A DNA stretch of 64,000 nt from Candidatus Heimdallarchaeum aukensis (GTDB taxonomy: Archaea > Asgardarchaeota > Heimdallarchaeia > Heimdallarchaeales > Heimdallarchaeaceae): the NCBI GenBank assembly GCA_021513695.1, contig CP084166.1:352001-416000 (forward strand), in the 5' to 3' direction. The notes beneath the pieces were generated by a model. It searched no databases. It was not told the DNA's origin and was given only the letters and a program-made list of their open reading frames with translations. Both the position numbers and the translations under genes were made by a program. Shown here one piece after another: positions 39,877-48,570 of the stretch (its first letter is position 1; each line of letters begins with the position of its first letter).

Positions 39877-39920
39877 ATGAATCCAACTTTTAATAAATCA
39901 TCATTTCAACATTTAATCAG

Positions 39921-41000
39921 GTGAAAAAAATGAACAAGAAACTAACCACATATTTGGCTATTACAGGAGTATTATTTTTAGTACTTATGAGTTCTTTACC
40001 ACTAACTTCTTTGGCTTACAAAGAAGATAATGTAAATGTAGGTAAAGATAATGGATCTTTTATTATTGATACTCCACTATTAAAAGTAAAGCTAATGGAC
40101 AATAAACCTGATATTATGTTCTGGATTGCAAACGATACTGATTCGAATAAAAGAAACCCTGTACCTGCTTATCACGTAGGATTCAACTATGTAACAGAGC
40201 TATTTGGAGATGATTTAGTAGTAGATAACAGAACTGAACTCGGTGGAAAATCATACAATTTAGCAGCAATTGATTGGACTTTAACAACTGAAAATTATAC
40301 TAACGAAATTGTTTCAACTTTAACTTCTGAGATTTTATCTAATGGTGCAACAATTAGTTTTATTTTCCATGTTTTCACAGAAGATACAACTGTTACAAGA
40401 GTATTAAATGATAGCACTACTGTGACCTATGATGTAAAAGCTCTCTCTGAAGTCAAATTTGATATTGTTGTTTCAAATTGGACCTTCACAGAAGGAGCAG
40501 TAGGATTAACTTTTATTACAACTATACATGAACTTGCATATAGACACAGAGTAAGGGCAGGAAATGCTACACATACCCAAGGTGAAACAGAAAATAGAAA
40601 CAGTACTGAAACCTATCCAAGCGATAAAAGAAATAATGACCCTGAAAGATGGGGTGTAGAATTTACTGATGAAAAAGGAAATCTACAAAGCTATTTTGCT
40701 TGGACACCAGAAGCTGATGTTTTTGATGCAGACGACAATTACTTAAAAACGGTAAACGTAACTGCCACTACAGCTGAGAAAGGTTTCAAAGAAACAGATC
40801 ACTTTAACAAAAGATTTGGAATTGATTACTTATTCCTCTACCTTACTTATCCAAATTACGGAGACAATTTAAAACTTGTACACGACCCAACAATTGGAGT
40901 AGTTGAAAGTACAGGCGGTATTTCATGGTCAACAACTGCATCAATAGTCTTACCTTTAGTAATCGTAGGTTTAATAGTAATAAATAGAAGAAGAAAATAA
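39921..41000 (+). CDS. Secreted surface protein with a C-terminal TM anchor and RRRK tail
   Basis: 359 aa. Signal peptide LAITGVLFLVLMSSLPLTSLA. C-terminus IVLPLVIVGLIVINRRRK. Confidence 0.55.
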   Translation: MKKMNKKLTTYLAITGVLFLVLMSSLPLTSLAYKEDNVNVGKDNGSFIIDTPLLKVKLMDNKPDIMFWIANDTDSNKRNPVPAYHVGFNYVTELFGDDLVVDNRTELGGKSYNLAAIDWTLTTENYTNEIVSTLTSEILSNGATISFIFHVFTEDTTVTRVLNDSTTVTYDVKALSEVKFDIVVSNWTFTEGAVGLTFITTIHELAYRHRVRAGNATHTQGETENRNSTETYPSDKRNNDPERWGVEFTDEKGNLQSYFAWTPEADVFDADDNYLKTVNVTATTAEKGFKETDHFNKRFGIDYLFLYLTYPNYGDNLKLVHDPTIGVVESTGGISWSTTASIVLPLVIVGLIVINRRRK

Positions 41001-41819
41001 TTATCCTTTTTCTTTCTTTTTACTTTTTTTCATTTTACTTAAACTTTTAGCGTATTCTAAAGCTTCTTTGTATCTTTCTATAGTCTCAACTTGTAATTCG
41101 TCATCTGAATCTAAATTGGAAATTTTTTCTCTTAAAGTTCTTATAAAGAGTTTGAGTTCATCATCAGGAAGTTCTTCAATTATTGTCTTCGCCAAAGAAA
41201 TATTAGCTGTATCGACATTCGGAATGTCTAATTCTAAAGGGTTTTTTTCCCATTCTTCTATAGAATAAGCTAATTGTTCTGTTCCTAAAAGATCTATTAT
41301 TTGATCAATCTTGAAAGGAACAAGTTCTTTAAATCTTTTAAAGGCATTAGCATATTTTTCACTTTCTGCAATCCTAGTTGCAAAAAATCTGTCTGTTGGA
41401 AACAGAATTTTGACAGCACTTAATACAAAAGTACCTGACTGAAAAATCAAAACTAATGAGTTTGCTTCTGTTGAGTTTTCATTTGGTGAGGATAGAAAAG
41501 CCTTTTCCAATCTCTCTTTGTTGGTTAGTTTCCATATTCTTCTTAATAACTTTATTTCAAAAGCTCCTTTTACCTTCTTATTTTTACTTTCAATGAATAT
41601 TATGTAATCTTTTTTTCTAATTGTTCCAGTGTAATTTTTCCTTAATTGAGTTAGATCTACTTCTTCTCCTTCTTCTTTCTTCTCTCTATAATAAAAAATA
41701 ATTTTCTTCTCACTACTAATGAAAGATTTTTTACTTTCAGTTACCTCTCTGTCTGTGTCTCTAAGAAGTAAAATCTTCTCAAGAATAAAAGGAAGATTTT
41801 CTTCAGAAACATCAATCAT
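41001..41819 (-). CDS. Hypothetical acidic cytoplasmic protein
   Basis: 272-aa ORF with no recognisable motif. Its stop abuts the stop of the convergent surface-protein gene. Confidence 0.4.
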   Translation of the reverse strand: MIDVSEENLPFILEKILLLRDTDREVTESKKSFISSEKKIIFYYREKKEEGEEVDLTQLRKNYTGTIRKKDYIIFIESKNKKVKGAFEIKLLRRIWKLTNKERLEKAFLSSPNENSTEANSLVLIFQSGTFVLSAVKILFPTDRFFATRIAESEKYANAFKRFKELVPFKIDQIIDLLGTEQLAYSIEEWEKNPLELDIPNVDTANISLAKTIIEELPDDELKLFIRTLREKISNLDSDDELQVETIERYKEALEYAKSLSKMKKSKKKEKG

Positions 41820-41855
41820 AAAAGAACTATATGAAAATAAGTTTTTAACCTTTGC

Positions 41856-43205
41856 TCAATTTTGACAATATTTTTTAAAAACTTTAAATAGGTATAATTG
41901 TTTGATGTACCAGTCGTGATAAGGTTTAGGATCGTATTCTTTAGGAATTTTAGTATAGTGGTTGAAAATGTAGTTAATTTTTCTCAAACCTTTCAAAAAT
42001 CTATAAGTAGTTTTTATGTCTGTCAGTCCCTTGAAGAATTTAACTAAAAAATCGAAAAATGTCTGTTTGGGATATTTATTAAGAAACATCCTGTGTATTT
42101 CTGCTTTACTAATTAATCCTTTGCTGAATAAAAAGTATAACTTTTCTTTATCAAAACTCAAAATAAGGCTTCTAAAAGCTTCTAAAGCTGCAAGATGTCT
42201 TCCAGCTATTTTGAAAAATTCTACATGATATTTCCATAATCGATAGATTGATACTTCTTTTTTCTGTAAGGCATCTAAAATTACTTCAGATAGAATGTTT
42301 AAAGCAATAAGAGATAAATTCTTCCCTTCAACAGTGAAAGGATTTGTCTGAAATGCTGCTTCTCCAATTGAAAGAAAACCATACCAAGCTAGAGTTATTG
42401 GTCTTCTTACAACAACTTTTTCTGAAAAGGAATTTATAGGTGAAAGGTTTATTCCTTTAGATCTGTTAATTATTTCATTAGTTACAGCTTTTGCTTTTCT
42501 TTTTGTGAGATTCTTGTTAACAACAGTGAAAAAAGATAGAGTATTATTTTCTTTTTCTACATTAGTTACAAACTCTCTATCGAATAAACAGTAGAAAGAA
42601 TCACCTTCTAGCTGGATTTGGTTGAGTATCTTTTCACTTTTCTCGATTTTATTTCTGGAATAAAAAGTATCAACATATTCTTTAGAGGAAATTTTTATGT
42701 TTAGGTCAAGTATTTCGATGTTTTTAGTCAAAATTCGTTCTGTTCCTGAACAGTCGACAATGATTTTTCCATTAACTATTTTCCCTTCTTTTGTTTTTAC
42801 ACCAATAACCCATTGCCCTCTTCCTACAGGGTCAGTAATTTCTGTTTCAAAATTGAACTTTGCTCCCGCTTTAATCGCACTTTCAACCATGTAATTGATA
42901 TATTCCTTAAGGTTGAACCTAACATATTCTCTTTTTTGTAAGGAAATAGAGAAATTTAAATCACTAGAATAAAAGAAAGTTTTTCTAACAACATTTTCTA
43001 TGTCCTTGTAGGTTTGAAGAAGTTTAGAAGAGTTGAAAATTTTTTTATCTAAATATATGATTTGATCTTGTCCAATTTCTTCTCTTTTCTTCTTATCAAA
43101 TACAATCACTTTTTTTCCAGTAATAGCTAAACTAAAAGCTAGAGTTGCTCCTGTGAAACCAGTACCTACAATTATTACATCATATTGTTCTTCTTTCTTT
43201 GACAT
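41856..43205 (-). CDS. FAD-dependent oxidoreductase, geranylgeranyl-reductase-like
   Basis: N-terminal dinucleotide-binding motif YDVIIVGTGFTGATLAFSLAITGKKVIVFDKK. 449 aa, longer than a typical GGR, with an extra C-terminal helical domain. Confidence 0.5.
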   Translation of the reverse strand: MSKKEEQYDVIIVGTGFTGATLAFSLAITGKKVIVFDKKKREEIGQDQIIYLDKKIFNSSKLLQTYKDIENVVRKTFFYSSDLNFSISLQKREYVRFNLKEYINYMVESAIKAGAKFNFETEITDPVGRGQWVIGVKTKEGKIVNGKIIVDCSGTERILTKNIEILDLNIKISSKEYVDTFYSRNKIEKSEKILNQIQLEGDSFYCLFDREFVTNVEKENNTLSFFTVVNKNLTKRKAKAVTNEIINRSKGINLSPINSFSEKVVVRRPITLAWYGFLSIGEAAFQTNPFTVEGKNLSLIALNILSEVILDALQKKEVSIYRLWKYHVEFFKIAGRHLAALEAFRSLILSFDKEKLYFLFSKGLISKAEIHRMFLNKYPKQTFFDFLVKFFKGLTDIKTTYRFLKGLRKINYIFNHYTKIPKEYDPKPYHDWYIKQLYLFKVFKKYCQN

Positions 43206-43266
43206 TAAGTAAGCTTTCAGAATGAATTATTTGAACATTTTCTATTGCTTTGTTAGAGAGTGGATT

Positions 43267-43896
43267 TTACCCTGTTCCTCCAGTCACTAGTTCAAGCAAA
43301 AATGTTAGTAATGCAAGAATTATAATTGCTGGGAGAATTTTTAATGCGTAGATAATCTTATTTTCTTTTGAAATTGCTCCTAAAAGCATCCCCAGAATCA
43401 CTACTTCTACGACTATTAGAGAAATAGATATAATGTATCCCACTTGCATATTAAAAGCTTTAACTAGAACTAATAGAAACGGTGAAATTGAAATCGTGGC
43501 AAAGAGAAAGGGAGACAATCCATCTACAGCTGAAATGATCCAAGAGACCTTTAAATTTGCTTTGGCGAGCCTGGTGTTATTTAAGTTTGTAATCATATCT
43601 GCTTCCAAATCTTTAATTTCTTTAGTTCTTTCTGCTCGTTCAGTAAGATAAGCTATCCAAAAGCCTGAGATGCCCATAGCCATAGAAGCACTTATTCCAA
43701 GGATCAGCAATGTTTTAGCAGCAACCATGTCTTGTTCAGGGGTGCCAGACTTGAAACCGTGAGCTATCATCGATCCTATTATTAACCCTAAAGCTGTTAA
43801 AGCTCCATCAAAACCATTCATCACAAAATACCTGCGAAGGATATTTTCTCCTCCAGTTAAGGTGAGAATTTTACCTATGTCATTATCACTTTTCAA
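43267..43896 (-). CDS. VIT1/CCC1-family (DUF125) membrane protein, putative Fe/Mn transporter
   Basis: 209 aa. NGFDGALTALGLIIGS motif. Two blocks of hydrophobic helices separated by a charged loop. Confidence 0.45.
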   Translation of the reverse strand: MKSDNDIGKILTLTGGENILRRYFVMNGFDGALTALGLIIGSMIAHGFKSGTPEQDMVAAKTLLILGISASMAMGISGFWIAYLTERAERTKEIKDLEADMITNLNNTRLAKANLKVSWIISAVDGLSPFLFATISISPFLLVLVKAFNMQVGYIISISLIVVEVVILGMLLGAISKENKIIYALKILPAIIILALLTFLLELVTGGTG

Positions 43897-44016
43897 TTTT
43901 GTATTCCCAAAGAAAACTTCTAAAATATTTTTTTTTGAATTCTTTAAAGATTTTTCGGAATGAATGTTTTTTTAAATAAGTTACTTTTTCACTTTCAAAC
44001 AAGTGTCTAAAAAAGA

Positions 44017-44030
44017 TTTTAAATAGTATA
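44017..44030 (+). promoter_or_regulatory. TATA-box-like element (ttttaaatagtata) about 20-30 nt upstream of the nurA start, pointing to a near-leaderless operon start
   Basis: Direct reading. Position relative to the nurA ATG at 44049. Confidence 0.3.
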
Positions 44031-44048
44031 AGATTTAGAAAAATAAAG

Positions 44049-45362
44049 ATGCAAACTTTCTTTGACTCAGCTTTAGAAGCAGAATTTAATAAAATATACG
44101 AAAAATTGAAAAAACTTGAACGAAAAAACGATGACGAGTATCAAAGTGACTTGTCTTTCCTACTTGAACATTTTAGGATTTTTGAACCACTTGATACTAC
44201 TTGTCAAAGAGAAGACTTTAGCGTTTCTGCAATAGATGGGAGTGGAGCCAGCGATTTAATTAAATTGAATAATATTTCAGTACACCTTATCACTGCAGGC
44301 TTTTCTGCAGATCAAACAGATTTTAAAAAAGGAACCACAACAGAATTAGATATTAGACCTGAAATTAGTACATATCCCAACGGTGTAACTAAACTTGTTT
44401 TAATAAGAGAAGATGAAGAACTAGAAGTATGGGAAGAAATTACCAATTTTGTAAGAGAAAATTATGGTAAAGAACCAAAAGAAATAGTTTTTGATGTTCT
44501 TAGGACCATGATTTTAAGAAAAATGGAAAATGAAGGTAAAGATATTTCCAAAATACGAATAAAAAACACTTTCGAATTATTACATCAAGCTAAACTTGCA
44601 GGTTTTACTCTTTATAATAAACCATTAGAAAAATTTCATGAATGGATGATAAGTCCGAGACCACAGACTGGATGGTATGACCAGTTTAGAGAAATATTAG
44701 AATATTCTCTGGCATTTTCTATTTTGAAAACTAATAAAAAAATAAAATATTTATTCATTGATGGTTCAATGAACATGCTAATCTCAAAGAATCATAATCA
44801 ACCAAGATTAATTTCTAATTACCTTTTACGTGATTTATGTACAGAAGCTCTAAAGCGAGACACATGTGTAGTAGCTGTAAGTAAAACAACTACTTTTCCT
44901 TTTATTTACAAAATAGCTCAAGATGTTAGAAATCATCTTAAAGGAGAAAAAAAATGGTTTTTCCGTGTTCCTTCTAAGGAATTAGGAGAGACTCCTCTTC
45001 GTCTGTTAGAAGGAAAAAGTATTCCTCCAGAGAATGCTATTACTTATCTTTTCCATTTTTCTGCAGATTTACCTGTTTTAAGGATAGACTTCGATTTAGA
45101 TTGGTGGAAGAAGAATATTCATTCAGAAGATAAAGAAAAAGAGAAAGAGAGAGAAGTTGAGATGTTTAAAGAAATTGATTGGTTGTCTCGAGATGTAAGA
45201 TATCATGGTTATCTTTTTGATCTTGCTTTCTCTCATTTTAATGCTCTAATAACTTTCAAAGAGAGAGATTTAATTGCGGATAGATTAATTGATTTCTTTA
45301 CTGAAAAAGGTGAAGATCCAAGGAGATATATACACCCAAGAAAAAGATTAGGATTAATGTAA
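44049..45362 (+). CDS. nurA: NurA-family 5'-3' nuclease (HerA partner)
   Basis: 437 aa. N-terminal VSAIDGSGAS (the NurA motif-I Asp in an IDGS context), plus a second FIDGSMN. Immediately upstream of herA with a 12-nt gap. The operon context supports the call. Confidence 0.55.
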   Translation: MQTFFDSALEAEFNKIYEKLKKLERKNDDEYQSDLSFLLEHFRIFEPLDTTCQREDFSVSAIDGSGASDLIKLNNISVHLITAGFSADQTDFKKGTTTELDIRPEISTYPNGVTKLVLIREDEELEVWEEITNFVRENYGKEPKEIVFDVLRTMILRKMENEGKDISKIRIKNTFELLHQAKLAGFTLYNKPLEKFHEWMISPRPQTGWYDQFREILEYSLAFSILKTNKKIKYLFIDGSMNMLISKNHNQPRLISNYLLRDLCTEALKRDTCVVAVSKTTTFPFIYKIAQDVRNHLKGEKKWFFRVPSKELGETPLRLLEGKSIPPENAITYLFHFSADLPVLRIDFDLDWWKKNIHSEDKEKEKEREVEMFKEIDWLSRDVRYHGYLFDLAFSHFNALITFKERDLIADRLIDFFTEKGEDPRRYIHPRKRLGLM

Positions 45363-45374
45363 AAAGGTGAAAAA

Positions 45375-47255
45375 ATGGTAAAATTAGAATTAACAGAACC
45401 AATAGGAATATTAGCAGAAGGAGATATCTCATCGTTAAAAGTGATATCAAAGGATATTAGATATCAAGTTGGTGAAATATTAATTATCACCCATCCTGAA
45501 ACTCCGGAAATCTATTTGTTTCGGGTGATGAATTATGAAAATATTCTCCGATCAAGTTCTGATATGAGCTATGTTGCTTCAAATATTTTGAAAAACAGAA
45601 CAGCATATATTGCGAGGGTAGAAAATGAGAAAATGGTAAAAGTATCTGGAATCTTGATGGGTTACTCTCTTTATGATGAAAATAAGAAAAAGTGGATTCT
45701 ACATAAACCTCGCTCTCTCCCTCCTCATTTTTCATATGTTTATCGAGGGTCTGAGTGTAAAGCAGCCTTACAAGATCTCTTATGGTCAGAATTTGGTAAT
45801 GATATAGAAATAGGAAAATTACAAGTAGGTGCTACAACCTTAGATATCCCAATTAAACTAGATGTAGAAGCTCTTCCAATGCATGTACAAGTAGCAGGAA
45901 CAACAGGAGCAGGAAAATCTTTCTTCATGTTGACAATGATTACTTCAAGTCTTAAAAATAATGTAATTAACGCTTTAAAACCTTCAAAGGCAGATACTAT
46001 TAACAAGAAAATTTCTTTCTTCATGGTAGACGTACATGATGAATACATGAGAGGAATGAAAGAACCTGAAACAAATGCAAGATATGGTATAAAAGATATA
46101 GCTGAAGCAAGCTTAAAGCAAGATAAAGATATTTACAACCTTCTATTTGGAAAGAATTTCTATCTTACTTCTGATATGGAAAGTGTAGAAAAAGATATGC
46201 AAAAATATGCTAAAGCCTTACGTTTCAGACTTGAAGATATAGAGGTAAGTGATATCATTTCAGTAATGGAAGTCACAGATCAAATGGCTTCATTCATGTA
46301 TTGGATTAAATCTCATAATGAAAATTGGATTTCAACTATTTTAGAATTAGGAGAAGAAGATGATCAAGGAGGATTTTCTAAAGGGACAGTAAATGCAGTA
46401 AAAAGAAGGCTCAGGAGTATATACAACTCTCCTATTTTCAGAGAGTCGAGAACTATCACAACTTCTGATGAAAAAAATCAAGAACAATCAAGCGTTAGTT
46501 TTAGTGATTTAGCAGAAATAGTTTACAATTTAGAACAAGGACATTTCTATAATTTTAGTTCAGCACTATTAAGTTCGACAGAACAATTTATCGTTTTAAC
46601 TATGTTAGCAAGAACAATCTTTGCTTTAAGACAATCTTTAATGTCTTCTACAAGATGGTCTCAGTTTGAAAAACAAGTAGAGTCAAGATTACCAAGACAA
46701 ATAAGTAACGAATTGCTAGGAAAAACAAATTCTTCTTTTTCGATAAAGGATCTCTATATTAAAAATAAAGAAGGAAACGACTATATTCTTAAAAAAGTGA
46801 ATGAACTTCCTGTAATTCTTCTCACAATTGAAGAAGCTCCAAGTATTTTGGGAGTACAGATGTCTAAACAAGGAAATGTGTTCGTTGACATTAGTAGACA
46901 AGGAAGAAAGTTTGGAATAGGCATGTTACTTATTACTCAAAATATTTCAGCGATGGAACCTTTGATTTTAGCCAATACAAACACAGAAATAAACATGATG
47001 CTAGGAAATGAGATAGAGATAAAACAAGCAATCATCAACGCCAGTAACAACATTACAGGATACGAACATGAGTTTAGAGTATTAAACAGAGGTGAAGCTA
47101 TAGTTACTAACTCTTTACGCAATATTCCCATGCCTGTGAAGATACACAATGCACCAGTTTTAATTAAAGAAAATTTGTCTTTCTTTGAAAATCCTTATGA
47201 TAGTTTGAAAATAAAAAAAGAAAAAAGGATATCTAAAGATATTCCTCTTCTTTAA
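45375..47255 (+). CDS. herA: HerA-family (FtsK/HerA superfamily) hexameric DNA translocase/helicase
   Basis: 626 aa. Walker A VAGTTGAGKS. Candidate Walker B FFMVDVHDEY. Conserved C-terminal RQGRKFGIGMLLITQNIS (the HerA arginine-finger region). The N-terminal region before the ATPase core is consistent with a HAS barrel. Confidence 0.75.
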   Translation: MVKLELTEPIGILAEGDISSLKVISKDIRYQVGEILIITHPETPEIYLFRVMNYENILRSSSDMSYVASNILKNRTAYIARVENEKMVKVSGILMGYSLYDENKKKWILHKPRSLPPHFSYVYRGSECKAALQDLLWSEFGNDIEIGKLQVGATTLDIPIKLDVEALPMHVQVAGTTGAGKSFFMLTMITSSLKNNVINALKPSKADTINKKISFFMVDVHDEYMRGMKEPETNARYGIKDIAEASLKQDKDIYNLLFGKNFYLTSDMESVEKDMQKYAKALRFRLEDIEVSDIISVMEVTDQMASFMYWIKSHNENWISTILELGEEDDQGGFSKGTVNAVKRRLRSIYNSPIFRESRTITTSDEKNQEQSSVSFSDLAEIVYNLEQGHFYNFSSALLSSTEQFIVLTMLARTIFALRQSLMSSTRWSQFEKQVESRLPRQISNELLGKTNSSFSIKDLYIKNKEGNDYILKKVNELPVILLTIEEAPSILGVQMSKQGNVFVDISRQGRKFGIGMLLITQNISAMEPLILANTNTEINMMLGNEIEIKQAIINASNNITGYEHEFRVLNRGEAIVTNSLRNIPMPVKIHNAPVLIKENLSFFENPYDSLKIKKEKRISKDIPLL

Positions 47256-47288
47256 TAATAGAATCAAAAATAATTTGAATGAAAGAAG

Positions 47289-48570
47289 GTGAAATTAGTG
47301 GTAAAAATAGCTCATATGTCTGATACTCATTTATCACATAGAAGAGTAAGAAATGTTAGAGATAGTTGGAAAGAAAGATATAGAGTAAGTTGGATAGAGA
47401 ATGACTTTTCATTAGCTTTTCAAAGAGCTTTAGATGCAGCTATTGAAACTAAATGTGATTTTCTAGTTCATTCAGGAGATTTGTTTGATGTTCCTGTAAA
47501 AAGAAATACAACTTCACCTTCTGAATATGCAAGAGCTATTGCAATAAGTGAAATAAGAAGATTTTTGGAAGCTACACATTTTAAAGTACCTATAATTATA
47601 ATTGATGGAAATCATGGAACTTATCTTTACAGGAATAATAGTACTATAGAATTCATAAAATCAGCTTTCCCTGAAAATGTGTTTATAGCCACAAATTATG
47701 ACCTTAAACGAGCAATAGTAAAAAATGAACCTTTGAAAGTAGAGTTTGAAGAGATTAACTTTTATCTGTTTCCTTATTTAGAATTCAAATCTATGGCTAA
47801 TTATGAAGAACTCTATGATGAATGGATAAGTAAATGCCAAGAGCCTGAAGACGGAAAAATTAATGTTGCAGTAGCTCACGGAATGTTTAGGAATTTGGAT
47901 TTGCATGAAAAATTATTCTCTTTTCCTTATGATTATGTAGCTTTAGGACACGATCACCAACAAAGAAAATATGCTCCAAACGCTTGGCAAGCAGGAAGTA
48001 CAGAAAAATATACCTTTGCTGAAAGAGGACAAGAAAAGTATTTTAGAAGTTATTATTGAGAAAGGAAAAAATTTACACATTAATCCAATAAAGGTTGTTA
48101 GCCAAAGAGAAATGAAACAATTCGAAGTAGAATTAAGTTCAGACATGAGTGCATTAACTGTAGAAGAAAAAATAAGAGAACTTGTAGCAAGTTATAGAAA
48201 GAACTTTGATGGAAACACAGCTGCGAGAATAAAAGTTAAGTTACAAGGAAAAACTTCTCTCTCCTACTGGTGGACAATAGAAGATCGTTTAGTAGAAATA
48301 CAGAAAAATGTTCTAACTGAAGAATATAACATCCTAGAATTTAGATGGGATGAAGAAGAGTTAAAGAAATCTATACCTCAAAGCCTAGCCAAAACACCAC
48401 AAATGGATCAATACCTAATTGAAGATCCAGTCAGGGATTTTGTAAATTATTTGAAAAACTTAGAAATAGATGATGAAGTAAAATTTGAACAATATGCAAA
48501 ACTAGGACCAGAAATAATTAAAGAGGTTTTTAGTGAAGGATTTATTTCTTCAAAGGAGGAGTTAGAATGA
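47289..48570 (+). pseudogene. mre11: mre11 copy 1, disrupted by a frameshift (split into ORFs 47289..48059 and 47971..48570)
   Basis: All Mre11 phosphoesterase motifs are present (DTHLS, GDLFD, GNHG, VAHG, GHDHQ). The reading frame changes at caagaaaag|tatttt (about 48036). Copy 2 has caagaaaaaggtatttt and a single 427-aa ORF. Confidence 0.8.

Noticed and set aside
44049-47255. nurA-herA as an anti-phage defence module (HerA-partner defence systems)
   Set aside because: Both genes are operonic with canonical mre11 and rad50 (12-33-nt spacers, overlapping stop/start). The DSB end-resection interpretation is therefore far more parsimonious. No effector domain (Sir2, DUF4297 or similar) is present.
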